Shown here: positions 52,001 through 60,788 of the stretch, in pieces
How the letters are laid out: each line of letters begins with the position of its first letter
Position numbering within the stretch: the stretch's first letter is position 1
Origin: a virus
IMG/VR virus record: IMGVR_UViG_3300009164_000039
Direction: 5' to 3' (one strand)
DNA: 64,000 nucleotides
Program-made: the position numbers and the translations under genes
The notes under the pieces: model-generated
What the model was told of the DNA's origin: nothing
Database searches by the model: none
The model's input: the letters and a program-made list of their open reading frames with translations, nothing else

Positions 52001-53330
52001 TGGTGCTGTTGACTCCGCTTACTACAAATACGTTACCAGTTGCGTCAACACGAATACGTGGAGCACCTGCGCCGTCAGCAATCACCACTTGATTGCTCAG
52101 GGTGTTGATCACGTTACCGTCATAGCTACCAACAATAACGTTGTACTGTCCTGATGTTACTAGACTACCTGCGTTGTAGCCAACAAATGTGCTGTCTGAA
52201 CCTGTGGCCAAGTTACCTGCACTCTTACCAATGTAAGTTGCGTTGGCAGGAGTGGCAGCAGGGCCTGCGGCAGCACCAACCAATGTTGCGTTGATACCAA
52301 TGCTGGTTGTGCCTTGCATGGCACCCAGAGCAACAACGTTTGCGCTCAGTCCAGATTTAAGCTGATTCTTACCAATAACCACGTCGTTGGCTTTGCTACT
52401 TTGAATGTAAACTTGTCCACTTTCAAAGCTGGCTGCTGTACCAATGTTTAGGTTACCACCAATACCCATACCACCAGAACCGGCAATGATCATTGATCCA
52501 ACGTTGGCACTGGTTGAGTTGATGCCAATGGTAGATGTCACAGCGCCATTGCTAGCATGTACAACCAGACTGGCCAAGTTGTTTGGTTGTATATAAATGT
52601 CGTTGTTGGTACCACCATATGTGGCCAATTGGGCACCAAACACACCAGTACGTAAAGTCAACGCACCGTTGTTGCTGGTATCTGTTATCATCAATCCAGG
52701 ACGGGTGCTGGTTAATTGCGTAATCTGTAAAATTGGAACATTGCTACTGATGGCAACTTGTCCAGTGTTGGCACCAAATACAGTGGCTGTACCGCCAACC
52801 TGTACGTTTTGTGTAAAACTTGCTCCGCCTTTGACTTGCAATGCACCAGTACCAGTATCAACTGCTTCAACCACACTTGGGTTGGTTGCACTTGTACGAA
52901 TAACTGTGTTACCAACCACAACGTTGGCATAGGCTGTGCGGTTAATAGCACCTTGTGTGCTACCAGTTTCTGTGGTTAAAATACTTTCAAATGCGCCGTC
53001 TGCTTCGCGCCAGACCCACGCCGAGTTCAAGCTACCGTAATTGGTTGGGCTAATTGCCTGTAAGTCACGGTTGACCAGGATACCCACGTCATAACTTGGT
53101 GTACCTGTGTATCCATTGTTGAAAATAACCAATGGGTCATTAATGAATGTGTTGGTGCTGTTAACAGTGTATGTGTTACCAGTAACACTAAGGTTACCGA
53201 TAATACTGATATTACTGTTGAACGTAATATTTGGATTGAACTTGGTACCTACTAGGGTATAGTCCTTGATCTTCTGATACTCAATGGTATTGTCAGTGAT
53301 CTGATTATTTTTAATTCTGGTAACGGCCAT
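49035..53330 (-). CDS. Long tail fibre/virion protein (1431 aa)
   Basis: GALQVKGGA repeats, YadA-like NT.IG..AG repeats, C-terminal YRSAKY domain. Confidence 0.8.
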   Translation of the reverse strand: MAVTRIKNNQITDNTIEYQKIKDYTLVGTKFNPNITFNSNISIIGNLSVTGNTYTVNSTNTFINDPLVIFNNGYTGTPSYDVGILVNRDLQAISPTNYGSLNSAWVWREADGAFESILTTETGSTQGAINRTAYANVVVGNTVIRTSATNPSVVEAVDTGTGALQVKGGASFTQNVQVGGTATVFGANTGQVAISSNVPILQITQLTSTRPGLMITDTSNNGALTLRTGVFGAQLATYGGTNNDIYIQPNNLASLVVHASNGAVTSTIGINSTSANVGSMIIAGSGGMGIGGNLNIGTAASFESGQVYIQSSKANDVVIGKNQLKSGLSANVVALGAMQGTTSIGINATLVGAAAGPAATPANATYIGKSAGNLATGSDSTFVGYNAGSLVTSGQYNVIVGSYDGNVINTLSNQVVIADGAGAPRIRVDATGNVFVVSGVNSTTANTGAFTVQGGAGIGGNLNVGGALGLASKRLVLDATQTSIVMSGNTATSALGTNGVVIGQLIGQTGTFGSNATVVGYQALNTTATAASITAYGARAGYAGPGLNTTVIGADAGLNLASTGLQNQFFGYNSGSLVTSGDYNVIIGSHDGNTIATSNNNMLFADGQGNPRITIDNTGKTTIVSTVESGSPATGAFVVAGGMGVAANLYVGANLTVTGNLTVLGQTTTVNAQNITVNDSIIELHTFANLAALSTNDSRDIGIRNHYYISNDRQSFFGFQNSTQNFVYIDNATETGGVVSGTYGNVQFGSAWLSNTTASGSQTTGALVVKGGIGTGALSYFHSSVTDNNVTASGVNAQIELKPSGTGSVNVFPVTVAGNLDNMFIGQTTPKSGTFTVLQATQTAYLNPTGTVQIQPTQLLTVNPGGSTSTVDNVYIGNTTPRQASFTAATVGQDLKLSAFLANSALFISPSGNVTVDQKNEAYNFQRTTSNTFATVALSLGHSSQNNLLRQGTDTLNIRYQGDSYLENSSISANVLGQAQGWTVSTSRGTASAPDVTQDGDFNGIYGAYAWTGGTPNYAEIGAWRYVNQGTTAAASGIGGQAQLWTKKDNGASTLALRVDANQISEFYGQVRVANSTVSTNTTTGALYVNGGISTSGNLNVGLGMRVNDLQSAGKDFYVRGGNDATLIWGFTGAAYNQVLVGNSAVQANLVQGSKLQINSTDSMLLPIGTTGQRPGLVGFSDVAGMIRYNTISNDIEYYNGTSWIAGQGSSITVVTDQQFNGDGATTVYTLSRESTTNSTVVTLNGVVQTPTLAYSVSVVDNVTLTFTEAPAVDDVIDIRTFATTSSISGLSSQNGYVEVVASNGGVQITGSTVSAGQYKVLIGTDGSWNATPSPVSVSTSAVAIDTFDKAVYRSAKYIIQVTNGSTYETSEVLVVHDGTTAYRTQYGLISTSGTALGTVTALVVGANIEVRYTGTASGNTVKVIAERLAV

Positions 53331-53434
53331 GTTGTGTAAGCTCCTAAGCGAAGTGAGAGTCGTTTAAGCTATTTAGCGTTTTGGGCGCAAAGGTTGCCCG
53401 TGTGGGGTATTTGAATCTATTGTGCTTTTACTGC

Positions 53435-56299
53435 TTAGAGGTCAGTAAAATAAGTGCGTTCTAGCTTGACTACAGCGTCAATCACTGATGTTGTAGCATA
53501 CAATCGAACCACGCCCAGAGCATCAATGCCCGCTGTGAATGTGGCAATTGAACTGCCTAGCACTGTAGATCCTGTCTGCTGAAGATTGGCTGTGGTTCCG
53601 TTGTGAATCAACAGTAGATCTGTTGTTTGATATGCAGTGGATCCTGCACTCTTGCACAGCACAGTGTATTTGGCACTGCGGTATGCTGTGACATAAAAGC
53701 TGTCAATTTCCAGTGTGCCTGTTTGAGACAGTGTGTATTCTTGTGTGACACCAGTCTGTATACCCAGATACATTTTTGTACCGTCTGGTTTGAAGTCCAT
53801 GGTACGCAGAGTATTGGTTGGTGCCAACGAGTTAAATGTCCATCCCGAATAACTAGCTGTGTTCACTTGCCAGGCAGTGCTTAGATCGTACCTGGTTACT
53901 TTACCATTGATACCACCAGCAACAAACATCTGTGTGCCAGCGGTATTAAAGTAAACATCTTGTGGACTGGTGTCTTGAACGCTGACTGACACGTTGCCCA
54001 CTGCCACTGCGGTGTTCACTCGCCAAGGTGTAGACAAATTGTATTGGAAAATTTTAACGTTGGCTGATCCAACCATGTACATGCTGGTACCATCTGTTTT
54101 GAAACGAATGTTTCTTGGCTGTGCATCCTGCGGAGTTATCAATAGGTTGCCACCTGTAAGTAACATGCCAGTAAACTGATAGGCTGCGGTGGTACTGTAC
54201 TCGTACACTCTGCCACTGGTGTTGCCCACTGTGTAGTATCGGGTGCCACCGGTGTTTGACTCAAATCCTTGTGGACCGTATGTTTCTGTAAAATATGTGC
54301 TGGGCAAAAAGTTTTGCCCGCCATAAACAAAAGTGTTGGCCTGGTAAGCGGTGCTCAGTGTGAATCTATACATTGTGGTACCGGAGTTTTGGTACAACAC
54401 GTTGCCCACGGAATTCAATCTGCTGGTTCTGTGACTGGTACCTGCAGGAGTTACTGCTGTCATTGATGCAACTGCGGCGTTGATGTTAAACGGAATAGGG
54501 TCTAGGTCGTTGTACAACTGTGTGACCACAGTTGGCGCTGAACTAATACTTAGACTGCCTGTTAGATAACGAATTTCAACAATGTCGGTTGTAAGCGGTG
54601 CTTCTGCAAATGTTATTGTGGTTCCAACCACAGTGTAGCCGGCACCTGCTTGGCTGATCACACCGTTGATGTTGACCAAAATGCCATCTTCGCTGGCACT
54701 GTAAGTCAGTGTATATGCTTGAGTAACACCGTCTGGATAGATAATCTGTTTACGGATGATGGGTGTGGTTGATGTCCAGTCTCCGTTGTAGAACTCAATT
54801 CCGTTGATATCGGTGTTGTATCTCAAATCACCCAGGTCTGGAATTACTGGACGAAGTCCAGTGCCGCCAATTGGCAAGGTCACTGCTGAGTTGCCACCAA
54901 AGAATATTCTTTCACCAGCCCCCGGAATCATTTCCAATGGCCCAGCCAAGGCAGTTAGTCGGCTTCCGTAAATTTCAATATCTTCTAGTCTTGCAGTCTG
55001 CCCGTCAAAGCTGGCTTGCAGTACATTGTTAACGTAGATTTTAACGTTGGCTGTTCCGTAGCTGTCGTCACGAACTGCCACGTTTGATCCGCCTTGAGCA
55101 ATGGTGTCTGTAATAAATCCAGCACTAAAACTGTCCACATAGTCTTTGGTTGCCGCATCAGCACCAGCAGTGGGTGTGCCTAGGTTTGTGATTTTCTTAA
55201 AGCTGACTGACACTGCGCCTGAACCCAATGGTGCTAGCACAATGTCTTGGTTGGTAGCACGGCCACTTATGGTAGAAACAGAGAATGTCAAGTTACCAAG
55301 CACACTGGTTCCGTTGCTGGCAAATGTTGTGCCATCGTAATAAAATGCCGGATTGCTTTGTACTTGATTGTTACTTGCAGTGTACAGCACACGGCTTCCG
55401 GGTACAGTAGTAATGCCTAATTCAGTCACACGCAGACTGCTGTTGGTATCAAAGTACACCATGCCTGGACTGCCAACTATGAACGAAGGACTTGAGGTAT
55501 TGGCATACAGTACTTGCGTACCAACCAGTGTGGTTAGTGTGATATTGTTGGCGCCAATGATTTCGTAAGACAATGCGCCACTGGTTTGAATATTACCAAC
55601 ATACAATGTGTTGTTGGCATTGAAATATAACAAGTCTGGATCGTCGGCTAGTATACCAGAGTTACTGTAGACAATACGATTGTTTGATAGTGTTTGTACT
55701 TTGACGTTGGCTAGGTTGGCCAATGCTGTGGAGTTAACTGTAGTAAACCTACCAGTTGACGGTGTGGTGGTACCAATGTCAGTTGCATTGATATTGCCTT
55801 TGAGCACGTTGACATTGCTGATTAATGTTCTACCACCAGTAGTAATATCAACATTGTTGATTACAGTGATGTTGGCACTGGTGCCACTGGTAACTGTAAC
55901 CAACCCAGCAGAGTTTATATTTTGTGCGGCTGTGGCTAACGTGATAGTACCAGTAGACGTCAGCGTTTGATTGCCGCCGGATTGCATGTCAATGTTGTCA
56001 CGCACACGAATGTTGGCACCAAAGCCAGCAGTGAGCTTCAAACTTTCGCCTGCGGCTAGTATTAAACTTTTGTTGTTCTGTTGTGTGGAAATTGTATTAG
56101 CAGTGACAACAACATTGCCTGCTGATATGTTTCCGTAGATTGTGAGAGTTTCAGTAAGGACGGACGTGTTGATTCCCATCTTGAAATTACTAAAATCAAG
56201 ATAGGCCAGTGTATTACTGTTTGTGGTAAAATTTAAGTCAATGCCTTGTCGGTCTAGTTCCGACAATAACATTGGCCCTGCCACACGACCAATTGCCAT
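53435..56299 (-). CDS. Virion structural protein (954 aa) with a beta-propeller-like repeat insert
   Basis: DAATKDYVD, repeated Y.LST.W.VNTA blades, C-terminal YRSAKY domain. Confidence 0.8.
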   Translation of the reverse strand: MAIGRVAGPMLLSELDRQGIDLNFTTNSNTLAYLDFSNFKMGINTSVLTETLTIYGNISAGNVVVTANTISTQQNNKSLILAAGESLKLTAGFGANIRVRDNIDMQSGGNQTLTSTGTITLATAAQNINSAGLVTVTSGTSANITVINNVDITTGGRTLISNVNVLKGNINATDIGTTTPSTGRFTTVNSTALANLANVKVQTLSNNRIVYSNSGILADDPDLLYFNANNTLYVGNIQTSGALSYEIIGANNITLTTLVGTQVLYANTSSPSFIVGSPGMVYFDTNSSLRVTELGITTVPGSRVLYTASNNQVQSNPAFYYDGTTFASNGTSVLGNLTFSVSTISGRATNQDIVLAPLGSGAVSVSFKKITNLGTPTAGADAATKDYVDSFSAGFITDTIAQGGSNVAVRDDSYGTANVKIYVNNVLQASFDGQTARLEDIEIYGSRLTALAGPLEMIPGAGERIFFGGNSAVTLPIGGTGLRPVIPDLGDLRYNTDINGIEFYNGDWTSTTPIIRKQIIYPDGVTQAYTLTYSASEDGILVNINGVISQAGAGYTVVGTTITFAEAPLTTDIVEIRYLTGSLSISSAPTVVTQLYNDLDPIPFNINAAVASMTAVTPAGTSHRTSRLNSVGNVLYQNSGTTMYRFTLSTAYQANTFVYGGQNFLPSTYFTETYGPQGFESNTGGTRYYTVGNTSGRVYEYSTTAAYQFTGMLLTGGNLLITPQDAQPRNIRFKTDGTSMYMVGSANVKIFQYNLSTPWRVNTAVAVGNVSVSVQDTSPQDVYFNTAGTQMFVAGGINGKVTRYDLSTAWQVNTASYSGWTFNSLAPTNTLRTMDFKPDGTKMYLGIQTGVTQEYTLSQTGTLEIDSFYVTAYRSAKYTVLCKSAGSTAYQTTDLLLIHNGTTANLQQTGSTVLGSSIATFTAGIDALGVVRLYATTSVIDAVVKLERTYFTDL

Positions 56300-56334
56300 C
56301 CGCCACTCCTATGCTGTTTGTATTTATAGAGCGG

Positions 56335-56757
56335 TTAGGCCGCTTGTGTACTAGCGAAGTTATGCAGAATAACCACAGCTTGTCCAAACGGTGGTGGGCT
56401 TGTGAATGTTGCAGTTGTTGTGCCGCCAAAAGTGTAGTTTACTCCTGGGTTTTGAAAAACTCCGCCAATAAACACCAGGGCTTGTGACTCCTGCCCTGAG
56501 TTATAACTATATGTCATTGTGAATCCAGTGGTGGCACCATCACCAGTGAATGCATCTTTAAGAATGGTACTGTTACCTGCCACTGCCAGTTGTTTCCACC
56601 CACCGCCAAAATAGGCCTGCATGTTGGCGGTGGTAGCATTGTAACGGAACTGTCCATTAACAGGACCTTCAGGACCCAGTGAACTAGTGCCGTTGGGAAT
56701 TATAACACTGTAACTACCAGTTGGTTGTAGTGTAAAGTTCTTTACAAATCTTCCCAT
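56335..56757 (-). CDS. Virion structural protein (140 aa)
   Basis: GQFRYN, FTGDGATTGF, VFIGGVFQNP motifs shared with the neighbouring fibre genes. Confidence 0.75.
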   Translation of the reverse strand: MGRFVKNFTLQPTGSYSVIIPNGTSSLGPEGPVNGQFRYNATTANMQAYFGGGWKQLAVAGNSTILKDAFTGDGATTGFTMTYSYNSGQESQALVFIGGVFQNPGVNYTFGGTTTATFTSPPPFGQAVVILHNFASTQAA

Positions 56758-56758
56758 G

Positions 56759-57085
56759 TTAGATGCTCGTAAAACTAATGGTTGCTAGTACTGAACTTGC
56801 AATGCTGGCATTGGCACGCAAGTGGTCGCCTTGCCCAAGCAATAAACGTTCCGAATCAATGACGTAAGTATCATTGCCAGCAACTTGTAAATTACTATAA
56901 AGCATGTTACGAGAAGGGTTTGCTACGTTTGCACCACCTGCCACGCAAAATAGATTGATGGTCACTGGCACATTTGTTGCATTGCATAGATATATGGTTG
57001 TTACTGCGGTGTTACCGGCACTGGCGTACACGTTAGCTGCCGCAGTGCCTCCCAGCGTAGTAATAATTGAATTTATAATTGCCAT
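56759..57085 (-). CDS. Small virion protein (108 aa)
   Basis: Beta-sandwich-type small protein following a hydrophobic C-terminal fibre motif. Confidence 0.72.
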   Translation of the reverse strand: MAIINSIITTLGGTAAANVYASAGNTAVTTIYLCNATNVPVTINLFCVAGGANVANPSRNMLYSNLQVAGNDTYVIDSERLLLGQGDHLRANASIASSVLATISFTSI

Positions 57086-57094
57086 GCTTTTTCC

Positions 57095-57736
57095 TTAAAA
57101 GATCAAGGAAAAGACAATGGCTTTTCCTTTGGTTACTAGTTCATCCTGCCCCACTGTGGGATTGATCACATACAGGCCAGAGCCACCGGTCGCTACAGTA
57201 CCGGCAGATATATAGGTGTTTCCTGCTTCTGAAGCAGGAAAATTTGTTTGATTTTGAAGCTTTACGTTACCATAAACAACAAAATGCAATGCTGGGTCAA
57301 CTTGTATTGTAGTGTTACTGGTTAGCCAGTTTGACCCAGTCACTAGGTTTGCGCTCAAAGACGGAGCAGTGTCTTCACTTAGTTTAGTAAAACCTGTTGT
57401 GGTTGCTACCAACGTTACGTATGTGGATCCATCATAGGTCACTTGCCAATTATCAATGGTTTCGTTGAAACGAAGTTGTACATTGGGTAGTGATCCGCGA
57501 GCTACTTCAATACCGGCAAATCCTGTGCCACCACCCACACCAGCCCCAGTCTCACCACTGTTGATCTGGATGATGTTGTCTGCAACCACTGAGTTCTGTG
57601 TGGACACTGTGGTTGTGTTGCCTTTAATCTGCACGTTACCGTTTAGGATGATAATGCTAGAATCCAGAATAATAGGATCGGTGCGATTAACACTGTAAAT
57701 GGTATATGCGCTGGCTATGTTCTTTTGTATGCTCAT
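57095..57736 (-). CDS. Fibre-type structural protein (213 aa)
   Basis: DNII.IN.GETG.GV, AGIEVARGS, LSEDTAPSL.ANL; C-terminal KAIVFSLIF. Confidence 0.75.
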   Translation of the reverse strand: MSIQKNIASAYTIYSVNRTDPIILDSSIIILNGNVQIKGNTTTVSTQNSVVADNIIQINSGETGAGVGGGTGFAGIEVARGSLPNVQLRFNETIDNWQVTYDGSTYVTLVATTTGFTKLSEDTAPSLSANLVTGSNWLTSNTTIQVDPALHFVVYGNVKLQNQTNFPASEAGNTYISAGTVATGGSGLYVINPTVGQDELVTKGKAIVFSLIF

Positions 57737-57785
57737 GGCTTCTCAATACTTGTATGCTTTATTTATCCGGAGCAGGCGCCAAAAT

Positions 57786-57810
57786 AAAAAGAGGGCCGAA
57801 GCCCTCTTTT
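57786..57810. terminator. Intrinsic terminator
   Basis: A5-gagggc-cgaa-gccctc-T4. Confidence 0.85.
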
Positions 57811-57830
57811 GTTGTAACTATCCAAGTGGA

Positions 57831-58574
57831 TTAGTTAGTTGCTAGTGTAACTGTACCAATATCAGTTGCAGTTGGTGCAGATGCTGCCAGTGCAAAACTG
57901 TTGGTTGCTGGATCAGTCCATTTTGCTTGTGCGCCAGTGGTATAATCAAAGCCGGTGCCGCCATCATTCTGTTGCTCAAGAGTGACCAGTGTGCCATTTA
58001 GCTTGGTCACATAGTATGTGCTAGCTTGGCTGTCTGTTGCAATGATAGTCATTTTGCCAGCTGTTGCCGCAGTGTTTGCCAGTGCGCAAACACCAGTGCC
58101 TTGTGCAGTAACAACTCTGTAACGACGAGTACCTTTTTGTGCCACAATGTCAGCAGCCACTCCACTGGAGCCGCCGTTGGCCACAGGAATAAATGCAGTC
58201 ACTGCCATTACGTTGGTTACTGCGGCTGTCAAGCCACCACCAGTGATTGTGCCAACTGCTGGAGTTGTGTTTGCACCAGTGAATGTCAGTGTTGGTTTGG
58301 TTGTGTAGCCAGTACCTGCACTGGTCAATCCAACGCCATTCACAGCGCCGTTTGCAAATAAAATAACAGTACCAGTGGCTGCTACACCTGTTGGCAGTTG
58401 TGGTGCACTGAATGTTACCACTGCATTGGCAGAAAAGTAGCCAAGGCCACGATTGCTGAATGTAACTGCAACGTTACTGTTAGTAGAGGTTACACCCTCA
58501 CCACCAATTAACACGCGACCGTCTGCTGTGTTGTCTACCGGGTTGAAAAATTTTGCCTTAATAGGACGTCCCAT
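57831..58574 (-). CDS. Virion structural protein (MGRPIKAK...)
   Basis: Start set at the ATG after GGAG SD; the ORF-track extension to 58664 covers the structured 5' UTR. Confidence 0.75.
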   Translation of the reverse strand: MGRPIKAKFFNPVDNTADGRVLIGGEGVTSTNSNVAVTFSNRGLGYFSANAVVTFSAPQLPTGVAATGTVILFANGAVNGVGLTSAGTGYTTKPTLTFTGANTTPAVGTITGGGLTAAVTNVMAVTAFIPVANGGSSGVAADIVAQKGTRRYRVVTAQGTGVCALANTAATAGKMTIIATDSQASTYYVTKLNGTLVTLEQQNDGGTGFDYTTGAQAKWTDPATNSFALAASAPTATDIGTVTLATN

Positions 58575-58758
58575 TTGTTTCTCCTTAATGTGTTGGCGTT
58601 CTGGGCCTACGCGGTGGGGACCGCATAAGTTCTCACTTCTGAGATGAACAAACTTATTTATCATAAAGTTTGCTATTGCTCACTGCCTGCTGTATACTAC
58701 GTATAACGCTAGTCAGACAGCGTTCACCTAGAGAGTGCGTGGTAGCCCGGGTAAGAAA

Positions 58759-58787
58759 TTGCCCGGGCTATTTCTTTACTGTATAAT
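58759..58787 (+). promoter_or_regulatory. Sigma70-type promoter whose -35 lies in an inverted repeat
   Basis: TTGCCC-17 bp-TATAAT; IR tagcccggg/cccgggcta spans 58743-58770. Confidence 0.6.
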
Positions 58788-58794
58788 TATTAAC

Positions 58795-59529
58795 ATGACT
58801 ACACTAACTTCAACCATGTCAACAGATACCGAGGAGGTATGGGATCCGTATGGCTTGAAAGCGGCCTGGGCCAAAACCGGACGCAAAGTCGGACCAGAGA
58901 CTGCTAAAACATATAAAGAAAAATTTAACAACGGCTTCTGGGAAAAATACTGTAGCGGACCCAACATGCTAGAGATTGGGCACGACGGAGGGCTAGGTTG
59001 TGAAACTGTGTTTCCTCATGCGATTGGCATTGATAAAAATTACCCCGGGTACAACGGTGTTCTTTTACCTTTTGCAGATACTAGTCAAGATACTGTTTAT
59101 GCTAGTCATATATTTGAGCACGTGGACGACTGGCGTACTGTGTTACAAGAGTGGTATCGTGTGCTTAAAATAGGCGGGTACCTTATTATCATTGTGCCAC
59201 ATGTTTGGTTATATGAAAAGAAGCCGGATCTGCCCAGTGAGTACAACCCAGATCACAAACGATTTTATACACCAGGTCATTTGTTATTAGAAGTTTTTGA
59301 AGCGTTGCCACACCTAGGCTACAGGGTGCGCCATTGTATAGACAACGATGCAGATTGGAACGACGGATGGACTCGTGTATCCACACAAGGATCCGACGGA
59401 CTAGACTACACTGGTCAACTGTTACACTCACACGGTTGCTACGAAATTGAACTGGTATTAGAAAAAACCGCTATACCAGACTGGACCAACATAGCATTTG
59501 GCAATAGAAAAACATTGGGTAGATCTTGA
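58795..59529 (+). CDS. Class I SAM-dependent methyltransferase
   Basis: MLEIG..GG, LPFAD.SQD.VYASHIFEHV, WYRVLKIGGYL. Confidence 0.88.
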   Translation: MTTLTSTMSTDTEEVWDPYGLKAAWAKTGRKVGPETAKTYKEKFNNGFWEKYCSGPNMLEIGHDGGLGCETVFPHAIGIDKNYPGYNGVLLPFADTSQDTVYASHIFEHVDDWRTVLQEWYRVLKIGGYLIIIVPHVWLYEKKPDLPSEYNPDHKRFYTPGHLLLEVFEALPHLGYRVRHCIDNDADWNDGWTRVSTQGSDGLDYTGQLLHSHGCYEIELVLEKTAIPDWTNIAFGNRKTLGRS

Positions 59530-59534
59530 GTCAC

Positions 59535-59559
59535 AAAAAAAGCACCTTGCGGTGCTTTT
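59535..59559. terminator. Intrinsic terminator between the convergent methyltransferase and capsid genes
   Basis: A7-gcacc-ttgc-ggtgc-T4. Confidence 0.85.
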
Positions 59560-59593
59560 CCTGCCTTCCCATCCCTGGGTTGACGTTCCAATA

Positions 59594-60766
59594 TTATTGG
59601 AATGTTAGGTTGCTTACAGCGATCTCTGACAAGTAGTCACCGGCGTTTCCTAGAGAAGACGCAGTGTTTGTCAATTCAACATATCCGTAACGAGTCATAA
59701 ATCCTACGACTGGTTCGAATGTGTTTGGATCAAGAACAACACCAGAGCTCATCAATGGCACGTAAGGGCAATAGAACGCGGCAGCATCTGCCTCGCTAGA
59801 ACCTTTGTAACCAACTAGAACTGGTGTGCTATCGCTTGCATAGCTGTCAACATACACACGCATTGCGCTGTTCAAAGTACCAACAAACTTGGTGTTTGTA
59901 GGAGCTTCGAATGTACCTTCTGTGGTACGAGCAAATGCTGATGTAGTTGCTGACTGAAGAACAGTCAATGCGGCTGGGCTTACAACTGCCCAGTTAGCCG
60001 CACCACGACGTGTACGCTGTGCGATTTGGTTAGCGGCACGGTTGATTAGAACTGCCAATGCGGCATGCTCGTCACCAACGAATGTAGCTGTACCAGATAC
60101 TGCGTTTTGGTCGTATGTGAAGTCTGTAGCGGCTAGGCTACGTAGTGATCCAAGAATTTCTTGGTCGATTTCAACGGTAATCTCTTGTGCAAGAGCGGCC
60201 ATGATTTCTGCTTCGACATCCAAACCATGCATGGCTTGTGCGTCTTGAGCAGCTTCAAATGTCCAACGTGCTGACAATTTGCGGGTTTTAGCTTCCACAA
60301 CTTGTTTCAAGATTTGAACGTTGATACGATTACCTGGAACACCTTCAAGGGTTGAAGTGCTTGATGGATAACCATTGGTACCACCCGAGTATGCAGTAGC
60401 AATACGGAATGGGCTCAATGCTTCATCACCAGCAGATGCGCCAGTTGCGCCGCTTGTGCCAGACACGTTGTCTGCATAACGAACACGTAATGTGTGGATC
60501 TGTGCAACAGGTCCGGTCATTGGTTGAACACCAACGATTTCGTTAGCAATAACTGTCGGCATTACACGACGAATCACTGGAAGAATAACGCGATTCAATG
60601 TTGCTACGTTGCTTGAGCTAGTAGCGCCACCTGTTGCATTTTCAGCCAAGTGCTTGCGAGTGTTCTCGAGGATTACACTCATTGTGGTTCTACGTGAACC
60701 GTTTAAGCCTTCTAACAGAGCGTCTTTGGTTTCGCCCCAACGGCTTTCTAGTAGTGCGGTTGTCAT
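59594..60766 (-). CDS. gp23: Major capsid protein
   Basis: EIVGVQPMTGPV.QI, TRKL.A.WT.EAAQD....HGLD.E.E, YCPYVPL, F.P..GF.TRYG. Confidence 0.97.
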   Translation of the reverse strand: MTTALLESRWGETKDALLEGLNGSRRTTMSVILENTRKHLAENATGGATSSSNVATLNRVILPVIRRVMPTVIANEIVGVQPMTGPVAQIHTLRVRYADNVSGTSGATGASAGDEALSPFRIATAYSGGTNGYPSSTSTLEGVPGNRINVQILKQVVEAKTRKLSARWTFEAAQDAQAMHGLDVEAEIMAALAQEITVEIDQEILGSLRSLAATDFTYDQNAVSGTATFVGDEHAALAVLINRAANQIAQRTRRGAANWAVVSPAALTVLQSATTSAFARTTEGTFEAPTNTKFVGTLNSAMRVYVDSYASDSTPVLVGYKGSSEADAAAFYCPYVPLMSSGVVLDPNTFEPVVGFMTRYGYVELTNTASSLGNAGDYLSEIAVSNLTFQ

Positions 60767-60788
60767 TTCTTTTTTCTCCTATTTAGGG

